From positions 10,194-74,193 of the IMG/VR virus record IMGVR_UViG_3300043411_000952: a DNA stretch of 64,000 nt. One strand, written 5' to 3'. The DNA comes from a virus. Below the pieces are notes generated by a model. That model saw only the letters and a program-made list of their open reading frames with translations, was not told where the DNA came from and ran no database searches. The position numbers and the translations under genes were made by a program. Shown here in pieces: positions 54,068 to 63,128 of this stretch (within the stretch, counting starts at the first letter, position 1; each line of letters begins with the position of its first letter).

Positions 54068-54853
54068 ATGAAAGCAGAACTCAAGACAATAACGCCCGAA
54101 TGGGCGCGTAAAACACTTAATGAGAAGAACATGGGCAACCGTGCCATGAATCTCAGATATGTAGATAAGCTAGCGGCAGAGATTTTAGCTGGACGCTGGA
54201 AGGTGAACGGCGATACCATTCGCCTTAACAAGGATCGTCTGATTGATGGACAACATAGACTCGCTGCGGTTGTGCAAGCCGGTATTTCAGTCCAATCATT
54301 CGTGGTAGAAGGACTCCCGTCCGATGTATTCGACACCATTGATGTTGGAAAGCGACGTAGCCCTGGTGACACATTGGGGGCGTTGGGCGAGAAGAATTCA
54401 TATCGGTTAGCTTCCGCGCTTATGCTGACAGATAAGTATATGACCGGTCGCGCAGATAAATCCGTGGAATATACTAACACGGAGCTTGAGACGTTGTTGG
54501 CGAAATATCCTGACGTTAGAAATTCCATTCAGACGTCCGTAGGAGGTAAAGGTATTATACCTCCATCCCTGGTAGATACCTGTCATTATATCTTTAGCCG
54601 CAAAGACAGAGCATTGGCTGATGAATTTGTCGTGAAGCTCATTAAAGGTACTGGGTTACAAGATGGCGATCCTTTCTATGCGCTCCGCGAGCGGCTCGTT
54701 AAGAACTCTGTTTCTAAAGCCAAACTATCAAAGGCTTATATGCTGGCGTTGTGTATCAAAGCTTGGAATTATACACGCAGGGGTATTTCTGTACGCTTCT
54801 TGCGGTGGCGTGATAGTGGTGATGTTGCTGAAGCATTTCCAGTAGCTATATAG
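54068..54853 (+). CDS. ParB/Srx-like N-terminal domain protein
   Basis: ITPEWA...N..NR, W.VNG, LIDGQHRLAA, TIDVGKRRS. Confidence 0.75.
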   Translation: MKAELKTITPEWARKTLNEKNMGNRAMNLRYVDKLAAEILAGRWKVNGDTIRLNKDRLIDGQHRLAAVVQAGISVQSFVVEGLPSDVFDTIDVGKRRSPGDTLGALGEKNSYRLASALMLTDKYMTGRADKSVEYTNTELETLLAKYPDVRNSIQTSVGGKGIIPPSLVDTCHYIFSRKDRALADEFVVKLIKGTGLQDGDPFYALRERLVKNSVSKAKLSKAYMLALCIKAWNYTRRGISVRFLRWRDSGDVAEAFPVAI

Positions 54854-54967
54854 TTTTACCTATATAGCCTCGTTATAATTTCTCGGTTAGGGGACAAGGG
54901 GCTCCATGCTCCGATCAATGGAGAAATCCTGCGACTTACCCTAACCGGGATTCCCCGCATCACCGAC

Positions 54968-55177
54968 ATGATATCTAATAAATCCAAAGTTCTGGCGGCA
55001 GTAGCAATTGCTGATAAAATTAATACGCTTAATCTTAAAAAAGCAGAATACGTAAAATGGAGGAATGAAGGTGACCAGAGTGAAGAAAATAAACAATTCT
55101 GGCGCGGGCAGATTAGCTATTTAGACGTGATTACTGAAGAATACAGAGAGGCGCGTAATGAAATGATTAACGGATAA
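54968..55177 (+). CDS. Hypothetical protein
   Basis: 69 aa ORF. Confidence 0.6.
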   Translation: MISNKSKVLAAVAIADKINTLNLKKAEYVKWRNEGDQSEENKQFWRGQISYLDVITEEYREARNEMING

Positions 55178-55206
55178 AGTCTGACGCTGGCGAGTTACGC
55201 AACATC

Positions 55207-55455
55207 ATGAAAACATATCAAAGTAAACTCGAAGCAGGGCAATTGGCCTGGCTTCTACGTGAAAACAAAGTCGTTAGTATGCCTGTCGGATCTGTGCGTA
55301 TAAAATCCGTGGCTGATGAAGAGGGTAAACCGTCGCATACAACTGTTACCTACTCGTTCCGCATTTACGGTGTGCGTAATGATTTCAAAGAATGGGAGGA
55401 GCATAAAGAATCTGAATGCTTCGCCACTAAGGAGGAACTGCTCGCGTCGCTGTAG
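55207..55455 (+). CDS. Hypothetical protein
   Basis: 82 aa ORF ending FATKEELLASL. Confidence 0.7.
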   Translation: MKTYQSKLEAGQLAWLLRENKVVSMPVGSVRIKSVADEEGKPSHTTVTYSFRIYGVRNDFKEWEEHKESECFATKEELLASL

Positions 55456-55475
55456 GCGGTGTGTGACGATTTACT

Positions 55476-55751
55476 ATGGCAACAAGTACTAAACTAGCAA
55501 TTATCAGTGTACTGGCTAATCTGCCTTTACTTATGGCTATCGCCTTCATGCTGAGCTGCAAGCCATCACAACAAGAAATTTTCGACCGTGTTTCAAACTA
55601 TGCGCTTGCATATGATAAAGCCGTCGATAAAGAGCAGTATCTGGAAACAATTTACGATGAGGTCAAAGACATAGATGAGGGCGTTCTACCACACAACCTT
55701 AAAGTCTTTGTAATCAAAGTAAAAGTAAGCCAGTTTGGTAAACTAGAATAA
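55476..55751 (+). CDS. Small membrane or lipoprotein
   Basis: N-terminal hydrophobic helix ending MLSC. Confidence 0.55.
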   Translation: MATSTKLAIISVLANLPLLMAIAFMLSCKPSQQEIFDRVSNYALAYDKAVDKEQYLETIYDEVKDIDEGVLPHNLKVFVIKVKVSQFGKLE

Positions 55752-55756
55752 GATAT

Positions 55757-55848
55757 GGCCCAGTGGCGAAACGGCTGAAACGCATGGGATTTAAAATCCT
55801 ATACCCTCGAGGTAAACACTGTCGGTTCGAATCCGACCTGGGCCACCA
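55757..55848 (+). tRNA. tRNA-Leu(TAA)
   Basis: GGCCCAG/CTGGGCC acceptor, TGGGA-TTTAAAA-TCCTA, long variable arm, GGTTCGAATCC, CCA. Confidence 0.93.
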
Positions 55849-55898
55849 TCATGGAATAGAACGCACAAGCGCTCTATTTCTTTAACTATCAAATAATC

Positions 55899-56165
55899 AT
55901 GTCAAACGAAACCGACTCCACAACCAAAGTACCTGAAGTTGAAGCAATTTTTAACCAGCTTAATGCTGTAGATTTTACCCTGGCTCAGCTTGCTATTGAT
56001 CTCAAAGATCCAGATAAGCGCCAAGAGATTGGCATTAGACTCATTGAGAATATTAACGATGCCTTCGCTAAAGGGCTCGAGTTCTCAGATATCAAAGTTA
56101 AAAGTAAAGCAGGTGTAGCTACCGTGTCGTTCAAATTCCCGGTAGCCTCGCTAGCGAAGAAATAG
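55899..56165 (+). CDS. Hypothetical protein
   Basis: 88 aa ORF. Confidence 0.65.
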   Translation: MSNETDSTTKVPEVEAIFNQLNAVDFTLAQLAIDLKDPDKRQEIGIRLIENINDAFAKGLEFSDIKVKSKAGVATVSFKFPVASLAKK

Positions 56166-56169
56166 TTAT

Positions 56170-56379
56170 ATGCATTACTTTTGCTTGCCACGTGAGATAG
56201 TGGAATCAATTCAGAATTTACCTCCAGTGAAGGGTATTTATCGTCCTGTGACTTTTGTTCTTAAAGATGGATCTATACGCACTGATGTTGTTGTTATAAA
56301 TTGTGAATTCTATGCTATGGACGAGACAAAGCATAAATACTTTGAGCCTGCTGATATTTCTATAGTCACTGAAAATTGA
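56170..56379 (+). CDS. Hypothetical protein
   Basis: 69 aa ORF. Confidence 0.6.
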   Translation: MHYFCLPREIVESIQNLPPVKGIYRPVTFVLKDGSIRTDVVVINCEFYAMDETKHKYFEPADISIVTEN

Positions 56380-56492
56380 AAATTTAATTTTTTCCACTTG
56401 CTTCCTTTAAAAATCTCGCCATTATTAAAATAATCCTGGAGATGACTTAGTCTAAATCCAGTACAGATCTAACCCAAAACCAAATAGTAGAC

Positions 56493-56747
56493 ATGAAGAG
56501 AAAGACACTACCTGAAATCATCAAGGGACTTGAGCCACTTGAAGCCAACATCAAACGCGTTCGCACAAAGCCTCGTAAGAGTCTGTGGGATGAATTCTTT
56601 GGTTCGCTTGAGAGCGGTGACTCCTTTGAGATTGACGCGCTGGAAGTTAACACCGTCAAGGCCCACGCTGAGAAGCATGGCTTTGATCTGCGCCATAAGA
56701 AGTCCGAAGGCAACAAGGTCCTGGCTCAGGTTCACACCGCTGCGTAA
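56493..56747 (+). CDS. Small basic protein, possibly DNA-binding
   Basis: 84 aa, GC3-rich codons, own terminator. Confidence 0.65.
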   Translation: MKRKTLPEIIKGLEPLEANIKRVRTKPRKSLWDEFFGSLESGDSFEIDALEVNTVKAHAEKHGFDLRHKKSEGNKVLAQVHTAA

Positions 56748-56769
56748 TAGCAGCAGTCAGTAATATCGG

Positions 56770-56811
56770 GGGCTACCACTTAATTGTGGTAGCCCTTTTA
56801 TTTTTAGCTAT
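56770..56811 (+). terminator. Intrinsic terminator
   Basis: GGGCTACCA / TGGTAGCCC plus T runs, ending TTTTTAGCTAT. Confidence 0.82.
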
Positions 56812-56827
56812 TAATTCACCGCACAAC

Positions 56828-57400
56828 ATGACAACAGACGAAATTAAAATTGAAATTGAGAAAGCATTAGCTGGAGACAGAACATTAATGCTTAAAGGTT
56901 ATAAGAGTTCAGATGGATCAGTGAAAGACTATGTAGTTCTTTTATTACCTGATGACGGATATAAACATCTGGTTAAGACCAGCCAAGAAAAGTTGAATAA
57001 AGAGGTAGAATTCTTTATGAATGAAATCCGCCCAGCTGACGCTGACATCGTTGAATGGGCTACGGCTATTGCGGAGCAGCATGACAGCTTTGTAAAGAGC
57101 TTGAGCGATAGTAAGCCTGCTAAATATATGCAGTTTAAGAATCCTACAGTCAAACAGGGTGGTATGCATTTTTACCAATCTGAATTTGAATCTGGAGCTG
57201 TACAGACTGTTATCATTAAGAACGTGCAGGTTCTATCTACTACCAATCATACTCCTGATAAGGAAGTGAAAGAACCCAAAGGTAATATACCTCGGTACAA
57301 GAATCTGATTAGATCTAAGCTTCCTATTAGTCAGTATGAAGGGCAGTTTAACCTATCCCCGGATAAAGTGGATATGGTTAAGTCCTTGTTTATGCCTTGA
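56828..57400 (+). CDS. Hypothetical protein
   Basis: ATG 56828 after an AC-rich leader. Confidence 0.7.
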   Translation: MTTDEIKIEIEKALAGDRTLMLKGYKSSDGSVKDYVVLLLPDDGYKHLVKTSQEKLNKEVEFFMNEIRPADADIVEWATAIAEQHDSFVKSLSDSKPAKYMQFKNPTVKQGGMHFYQSEFESGAVQTVIIKNVQVLSTTNHTPDKEVKEPKGNIPRYKNLIRSKLPISQYEGQFNLSPDKVDMVKSLFMP

Positions 57401-57415
57401 TATAAAAGGAGCTAG

Positions 57416-57435
57416 TGTGTTATATAAATTTGTAG
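57416..57435 (+). promoter_or_regulatory. Phage promoter motif copy 8
   Basis: TGTGTTATATAAATTTGTAG. Confidence 0.8.
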
Positions 57436-57468
57436 CGCAGCACGCTAATTATTACTAAACAACAGCTC

Positions 57469-58098
57469 ATGAAACTACAATACGCACATGCGAAGAGTTT
57501 CCTCCTTTTGGCCCATGAAGGTCATGAGACTGGAAACAGAATCTGTCAGGTTTTGACAGAGGTGGATGCTCAAAAGAGTGTTCATAAAATAAATCAAGGC
57601 AGGGATCCTGTGGTCACCTCTCACCGGGAAGATGATGATGGGACGATCGTGAGGCGCGCAACCTCAGCCGTAGTATATGCGGAGGACGCTGCTATGGAGC
57701 TCACTGAAGTGACTTATCGTCGCAAGATGACGGCTACTGAGGAGCATCTGCAGCTCATCATCAAGGCGCAGCAGTTGGGGGCAAGACTTTACAGAAATCT
57801 CTGGGAGGTTGCGCTGAACGCCAGCGACAAAAAGATAATGCGTAATCTGATTAAAAAGATTGCTCTTTTTTCTGTATGGGAAGACCTTCCAGCTACCATG
57901 CAGGGGCGTTCTTATGAGCGTGTTAGCAACGAGATGTTTGGCACCGTCGCGTATGAACATGTTTATGGTGTAACCTTCATGGAGTACAAGGCTGGTCAGG
58001 CCGTGTCCGGCTGGACCGTCCTTCGCAGCTCTTTAGAAGAGAGCATAACTGTCGCGCGCTCTAATGCTGCGCTCGCGGAAAAACTTCTTAAAACGTGA
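57469..58098 (+). CDS. Hypothetical protein
   Basis: 209 aa ORF behind promoter motif. Confidence 0.7.
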   Translation: MKLQYAHAKSFLLLAHEGHETGNRICQVLTEVDAQKSVHKINQGRDPVVTSHREDDDGTIVRRATSAVVYAEDAAMELTEVTYRRKMTATEEHLQLIIKAQQLGARLYRNLWEVALNASDKKIMRNLIKKIALFSVWEDLPATMQGRSYERVSNEMFGTVAYEHVYGVTFMEYKAGQAVSGWTVLRSSLEESITVARSNAALAEKLLKT

Positions 58099-58280
58099 GC
58101 ACATTAATAACCCCCCAAACACATAGAGCATTACGAAGGGCTGTCGCGGGTAGCGTGTTATGCGCTGCCCGCGCACATCCTGGTAAAGTTCATCCTGATA
58201 TAGCTGGTAGTATTGTTAAAAGGCTCACAGGCCAACTACTCGCACAATTTGATATTAAACCCAAAAGCCCCGCCCGCTAA
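58095..58280 (+). CDS. Hypothetical protein
   Basis: GTGA overlap with upstream stop. Confidence 0.55.
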   Translation: MSTLITPQTHRALRRAVAGSVLCAARAHPGKVHPDIAGSIVKRLTGQLLAQFDIKPKSPAR

Positions 58281-58287
58281 TCCCGTA

Positions 58288-59190
58288 ATGACATCCCTAC
58301 CCAATCCATTTACAGTCCTTCTGGATACGATCCAGAAGAAATTGGCATTTTCGCGTACCTTTATTGGTATTAGCGTAGACGAGAAAGGTCAAATGACTGT
58401 TCTTAAAGATGAAGCTACAGGTAAGTTTATCTGGTATCGCTCCTGCGCCTCTCTTCATACGGAGTTTGTTTCTCGCTTACAAAGTGACCCCACTAAATAC
58501 AAAGGTTGTGATTTGTATGCAGTAAACGGGGAGAGCTATGTAAATAACAAATTGCTTATTAGTTTATACAACACAACAAATATTAAAGTATCCCCTGAGG
58601 TATTTGCTGTGTTCAATGCTATTGAACTCGATTTCCATAAGAATGCAAACATAGGTATGTTCATGCCTTTGAAGTTTAATCTAGATAAACTTTATGCTAA
58701 AATCAAAGACGATCCTAGCCAGTTGTTTGCGGCTGCAATCCGGGCAAAGGATCTTGTGTTTAACGAGAGCAAGCCCTGTGTTTCTTGCGGTGTGTTGTGT
58801 CATGTACCTGATTTGTCAGATGAGCCTAATATTTCGGCTGCTGCCTTGAAGGAAATTTTAAACATGACAGAAGATAATAAAAATTTCTGCTTTGAGTGTG
58901 GCAGAACCATAATGGTCAATATGGCGAAGCATAAGATGACTGACTGTACTGATCTACAAAAAATCAGTACGGTCAAAGATTTGGTCATGGAGCTGGAATC
59001 GTGTGAGCTGTCAGACTTGAAATTCGATTTCGATAAAGCGCAAACCACCATGAAATCTTTAATGTCTTGTGTTAGTAAAACTCGCATGACTGTTGTTAAC
59101 AACTCAAAGGTTACAGAGCAAAAGCTTCATACACCTGTGAAGCCGACTAACTTAACTAAGCCTTCGGACATTTCACCCTGGATGAACTAA
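58288..59190 (+). CDS. Hypothetical protein with CxxC pairs
   Basis: CVSC ... CFEC. Confidence 0.65.
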   Translation: MTSLPNPFTVLLDTIQKKLAFSRTFIGISVDEKGQMTVLKDEATGKFIWYRSCASLHTEFVSRLQSDPTKYKGCDLYAVNGESYVNNKLLISLYNTTNIKVSPEVFAVFNAIELDFHKNANIGMFMPLKFNLDKLYAKIKDDPSQLFAAAIRAKDLVFNESKPCVSCGVLCHVPDLSDEPNISAAALKEILNMTEDNKNFCFECGRTIMVNMAKHKMTDCTDLQKISTVKDLVMELESCELSDLKFDFDKAQTTMKSLMSCVSKTRMTVVNNSKVTEQKLHTPVKPTNLTKPSDISPWMN

Positions 59191-59191
59191 C

Positions 59192-59530
59192 ATGAGCGTC
59201 GCCGACGAAATCTTTAACGCTGGAGAAGAGGTAATCCCTCTTGTGCAGCCAGATAACAAAACTTCCTTCCTTCTCACTGAGGATGAAGTCGCTTTTGTAA
59301 ATGTTATTAACATGCAGTCCGCTATGCTCAAGACTGTACTTTTCACGCTTGTGAAGCAGGTAGAGGATCAGATGGAACAGCAAATGCGTGTTCTCTCGGC
59401 CCTCAGGGATCAGTTCATTACGGCTGTGGCGAATAAGCACTCAATTAAAGCGCCCGCATCTAATGAGGGCAGTCTCGAGATCGATCTTGCTAACAAGCTG
59501 ATTACTTTGGTCACCTCTAAGGTGCCATAA
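59192..59530 (+). CDS. Hypothetical protein
   Basis: 112 aa ORF. Confidence 0.65.
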   Translation: MSVADEIFNAGEEVIPLVQPDNKTSFLLTEDEVAFVNVINMQSAMLKTVLFTLVKQVEDQMEQQMRVLSALRDQFITAVANKHSIKAPASNEGSLEIDLANKLITLVTSKVP

Positions 59531-59741
59531 GAATTTTTGACCGAGGTTTCAAGGTCAAAAACGGATAACTCGCGTGTGTTCGATAGGCTGTATAGCGTTA
59601 TGTTGCGTTATGGGGCGGCTCAGTGACATGCCTGGCTAACTGCGAGGTCACAAGTATCTTGAGAAATGCTTTAACTGCCCTGGTATGTGGGCTATAGGAT
59701 CGCGGGAGGCGGTCTAGATTCTCAAACCTCCCAACCTTTTT

Positions 59742-60017
59742 ATGATAAGACCAGATCCAGTTGTACAGTGTCAATCTTGCGGGTGGACGGGACCGCGCAA
59801 GTCTTTGCTAGTTGCTGTTAATCCCTTTGACGCTGAAGATAGAATTTTTGGTTGTCCCGAGTGCAAACAATGCACAGACGGTTTTGATCAATTGTGTTAC
59901 ATCGAAGGATGTACAAAAACAGTATGTTGTGGGTTTCCCACGACAGCACACGGATATTTATTTACATGTCACGAACACTCTAAAGAATATAATACTGACG
60001 GAATCAATACAAAGTAA
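59742..60017 (+). CDS. Small Cys-rich zinc-binding protein
   Basis: CQSCGW, CPEC, C...GC, C..H. Confidence 0.65.
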   Translation: MIRPDPVVQCQSCGWTGPRKSLLVAVNPFDAEDRIFGCPECKQCTDGFDQLCYIEGCTKTVCCGFPTTAHGYLFTCHEHSKEYNTDGINTK

Positions 60018-60313
60018 TGAAAATAATCAATTTCACCAAAAATATTTCAAAGGCTATTTTAACAGGCGTAAAAAAATTTTTTATTGTTGTGATGCAGCTA
60101 GGTATATTCGCATTTGTTGCGATCGTATTTTTCTCAATAGTTGGATATATATCTTCCTTATTTGGATTAGTCATAGGCAAGAGTGATAATACTTTTGCAG
60201 ACTATGCGTTCACAGGCTACGCCTGGTTTATCGGTAGTATTCTAGTTGCTATGCTCACTGGTGCTGTCTACAGCGCCTGCGCTATAATCAAGGATATTTG
60301 GAAAAGAAGCTGA
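60017..60313 (+). CDS. Two-TM membrane protein
   Basis: Two long hydrophobic stretches. Confidence 0.65.
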   Translation: MKIINFTKNISKAILTGVKKFFIVVMQLGIFAFVAIVFFSIVGYISSLFGLVIGKSDNTFADYAFTGYAWFIGSILVAMLTGAVYSACAIIKDIWKRS

Positions 60314-60327
60314 TCACGAACAAACTA

Positions 60328-60777
60328 ATGAGAGACGGCATAAAAACAGCGATTGAATTTATTAAATTTGTAATGGAGGACAAGTACTTCAAGTACTATG
60401 CCGTGTTGTGTCTTATTGCGTTTTCCATATGGTTGTACCTGTTGATCGTACGCCATAGTGTAATTGATGTGTTTCTCCAACCTTTAGCGGCTTACGCCGG
60501 TTACAGGCTGGGAGCGTACGGGCCACTAGGCCTTCTTCCCGGAGGTAAATGGTTAAGCCGCTGGCTAAGTGAGCATCATTACGACACAATTAAATATGAA
60601 TTTAAATCTTGGTACTGGTATTTCAGATTTATTAAAGAAAATACCTTTACTTTGGATTATATGTATATTAGCAAAGAGATGTTTAAAGGCGACCCGACAT
60701 CTGTGAGAGAAACTACTGGCGTTGGTGCTGTTACTTTCGGCTTCGGAACAAGACAATATATCTTTAACCTTCAATAA
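60328..60777 (+). CDS. Membrane protein
   Basis: N-terminal hydrophobic helices. Confidence 0.55.
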   Translation: MRDGIKTAIEFIKFVMEDKYFKYYAVLCLIAFSIWLYLLIVRHSVIDVFLQPLAAYAGYRLGAYGPLGLLPGGKWLSRWLSEHHYDTIKYEFKSWYWYFRFIKENTFTLDYMYISKEMFKGDPTSVRETTGVGAVTFGFGTRQYIFNLQ

Positions 60778-60783
60778 ATACAC

Positions 60784-61065
60784 ATGGATCAAACACTAGA
60801 GCCCTACATTAAGAAGCTATTGGATGGTGGTATTAAGACTGCCGAAGATGTAGCTAAGTTTATAGAAGTTCAGACACCTGAACTTGGAAAAGAAATCATT
60901 ACCTGGGGAGCCACATCAGAGATGGTCGCTCCTATATTTGGTTTAGTTTTGATAGCCGTGTCAATTTGGTTTCATGTTACTAACCATGAAAAGAAATGGT
61001 ATTGCGAAGGCTTGAACTGCGATCCGCCTATAATTATTTTTAATACTATAAATGCAATCAATTAA
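60784..61065 (+). CDS. Small membrane protein
   Basis: One TM segment; 3' end overlaps next gene. Confidence 0.55.
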   Translation: MDQTLEPYIKKLLDGGIKTAEDVAKFIEVQTPELGKEIITWGATSEMVAPIFGLVLIAVSIWFHVTNHEKKWYCEGLNCDPPIIIFNTINAIN

Positions 61066-61780
61066 AATTGAGCTGCGTAATTATGGTGTTGAGATAGCAT
61101 TATGGGATAGGAGTAGTACACATGGTGCCCGTACTCCAGCGACCATCAGAGAGCTTTTAAATACTGACGCTATTAACTGGATGGCAGCTGATAACCCAAC
61201 ACCATGGCGTGAAAAAAGGAATGGCGGGTTTGTCCGTGGTTTAGTATTTGATAGCAACCTGGATATTACTGTGAAAGACAGTAGTGGAGTTGTACTGGAT
61301 CACTTTAATGGATCTGACTGCTTTGATCTTGCTTATGTGTACAGAGAGTATTCAGCGGTAACGATCAGAGCGTGGAGGCATCAGCAATATGGAGGAAGAA
61401 TAACGGGAATGGAAGTGAGTAAGGAAGGGTTTTCGTGTTGCGACATGGATTTACATCACAGCCGATATTCCCGGGATAAACTTCATTTTGGTTTAAGTAA
61501 GGTTACACATTTATATGAGTATGATTCTAATGGATATTGGTTACACCATTCCGAGGCATTTGTATTAGACTCGCACTTTGCACCACCCATGCCTCAGACG
61601 CATTCACACATTAAACCTGTGAATGCGCGTGTTAATTCATTTTCCTTAAATGGTCCTCATATACAGAAACTATTTGTATCTGAGTATGCGCAATATCCGT
61701 CTAAGACATATAGAGAGGCAAATCAAAGAGACTGCGGTAGCCTGAATAAATACATCATAAGTAAGAGTGAATTTAAATGA
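61052..61780 (+). CDS. Hypothetical protein
   Basis: 242 aa ORF. Confidence 0.6.
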   Translation: MQSIKIELRNYGVEIALWDRSSTHGARTPATIRELLNTDAINWMAADNPTPWREKRNGGFVRGLVFDSNLDITVKDSSGVVLDHFNGSDCFDLAYVYREYSAVTIRAWRHQQYGGRITGMEVSKEGFSCCDMDLHHSRYSRDKLHFGLSKVTHLYEYDSNGYWLHHSEAFVLDSHFAPPMPQTHSHIKPVNARVNSFSLNGPHIQKLFVSEYAQYPSKTYREANQRDCGSLNKYIISKSEFK

Positions 61781-61872
61781 TAATTCCCTTGTTACTCATT
61801 CTTATAGTGCTAGTTACTTTAATTCTAGACGCCAAAAGAACCTCACTCAAACAAACAGAAAAACACATTACC

Positions 61873-62028
61873 ATGTCAGTATCCGTCCGTACCTGCACCT
61901 GCAACCACGCATCCCAAGATAATATGTATGGCTCCAATCAGAGATTGCATAACAAATGCGCAAAAGGTCACCGCTGCACTGTGTGCGGTAATATCAAGAG
62001 TTCGGGTGATTCCACCCCGAAAAAGTGA
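61873..62028 (+). CDS. Small zinc-ribbon protein
   Basis: CTC.H..QD..YG...RLHN ... RCTVCG; alternative upstream start 61777. Confidence 0.55.
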   Translation: MSVSVRTCTCNHASQDNMYGSNQRLHNKCAKGHRCTVCGNIKSSGDSTPKK

Positions 62029-62045
62029 TTAATTTGTAGCCATTT

Positions 62046-62080
62046 ACCCTTGGGTTGATTAATTTCAGCCCAAGGGTTTA
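62046..62080 (+). terminator. Hairpin terminator
   Basis: ACCCTTGGGTTGA / TCAGCCCAAGGGT. Confidence 0.7.
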
Positions 62081-62179
62081 CAAATAGTTTGCATGTCATT
62101 ATTTTCTGCCCATAGTTTATTTGACTGATAGATAAATAAAAGAGGCAGATTTAGTATAAAATTTTATATAATTATATTA

Positions 62180-63127
62180 ATGTTTAATTCTCCACCAGTA
62201 AATCCCTCATTTGCATTAATACGCAAAAACAAAGGAAGATTATATTCTGAGGATAGTGTATTGCGTGAATTAAATACCCGGTATAGGGAAACAATTAATT
62301 CAAGTATAGAACCTTTGGGAAAGAAAAACCTGGTGTATTTCACTATTAATTATAATAGAGAGTATATTGATTTGTTTCTGTACTGTCTTAGATCTATTAT
62401 TAATAAAGATGAATATGACGCATTTGATTTATTGGTGATATGTCCTGATTCGTTTGAGGATATAATTAATGAATTGATTTATGAGCGTAATATTGATTTA
62501 AAAGGATTTAATTTATTGTTTCATAATGTACCTGAGGCTACTGATGGTATAGAGGCTTCAATGAATAAATTGAAGATATATCAGTTCAAGAATATCATTG
62601 AGTATGGTAAGGTATTATTCCTGGATGTGGATATAATGGCTAAGGAGCCAATTAGTGAATTGTTTAATCTGGAATTAAATCCCGATAAGTTTTATTCAGC
62701 TATTCATAGTGCTTCAGATCATTTACATAATACCAAGTTTCATAAATTGGTAGATTATGATTTGAGTAAGATGAATGAGTTCCGGGATAAGGGGATATAC
62801 GCATTTAATGCTGGTCAGTATTTGTTTGTTAATAACATGAGGATGTTGCATCACATGTATAATGTAGACTGGATGACCAGAGCTTGGCCCGGTGAGTATT
62901 TCTTTGAGCAGGCGTTTCTAAATCATTATTTTAATTGGTATTGTCTTTCGGATGTGTATTTACTTGATAGGTATGTTAAATTCGTGGCTGTGCATCTATG
63001 GAATAAAGGAGATACGGCACATCAGTATAGACTGAGTTATTCTATTATTCATTTTGCAGGGCATGCATGTGATGCCCGCAAGAAGATAGAATACATCACC
63101 CATTTTCACCCTGAATTAATTAATTGA
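62180..63127 (+). CDS. Glycosyltransferase family 8-like
   Basis: KVLFLDVDI (DxD), FNAG, EQAFLN, IIHFAG. Confidence 0.85.
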   Translation: MFNSPPVNPSFALIRKNKGRLYSEDSVLRELNTRYRETINSSIEPLGKKNLVYFTINYNREYIDLFLYCLRSIINKDEYDAFDLLVICPDSFEDIINELIYERNIDLKGFNLLFHNVPEATDGIEASMNKLKIYQFKNIIEYGKVLFLDVDIMAKEPISELFNLELNPDKFYSAIHSASDHLHNTKFHKLVDYDLSKMNEFRDKGIYAFNAGQYLFVNNMRMLHHMYNVDWMTRAWPGEYFFEQAFLNHYFNWYCLSDVYLLDRYVKFVAVHLWNKGDTAHQYRLSYSIIHFAGHACDARKKIEYITHFHPELIN

Positions 63128-63128
63128 T

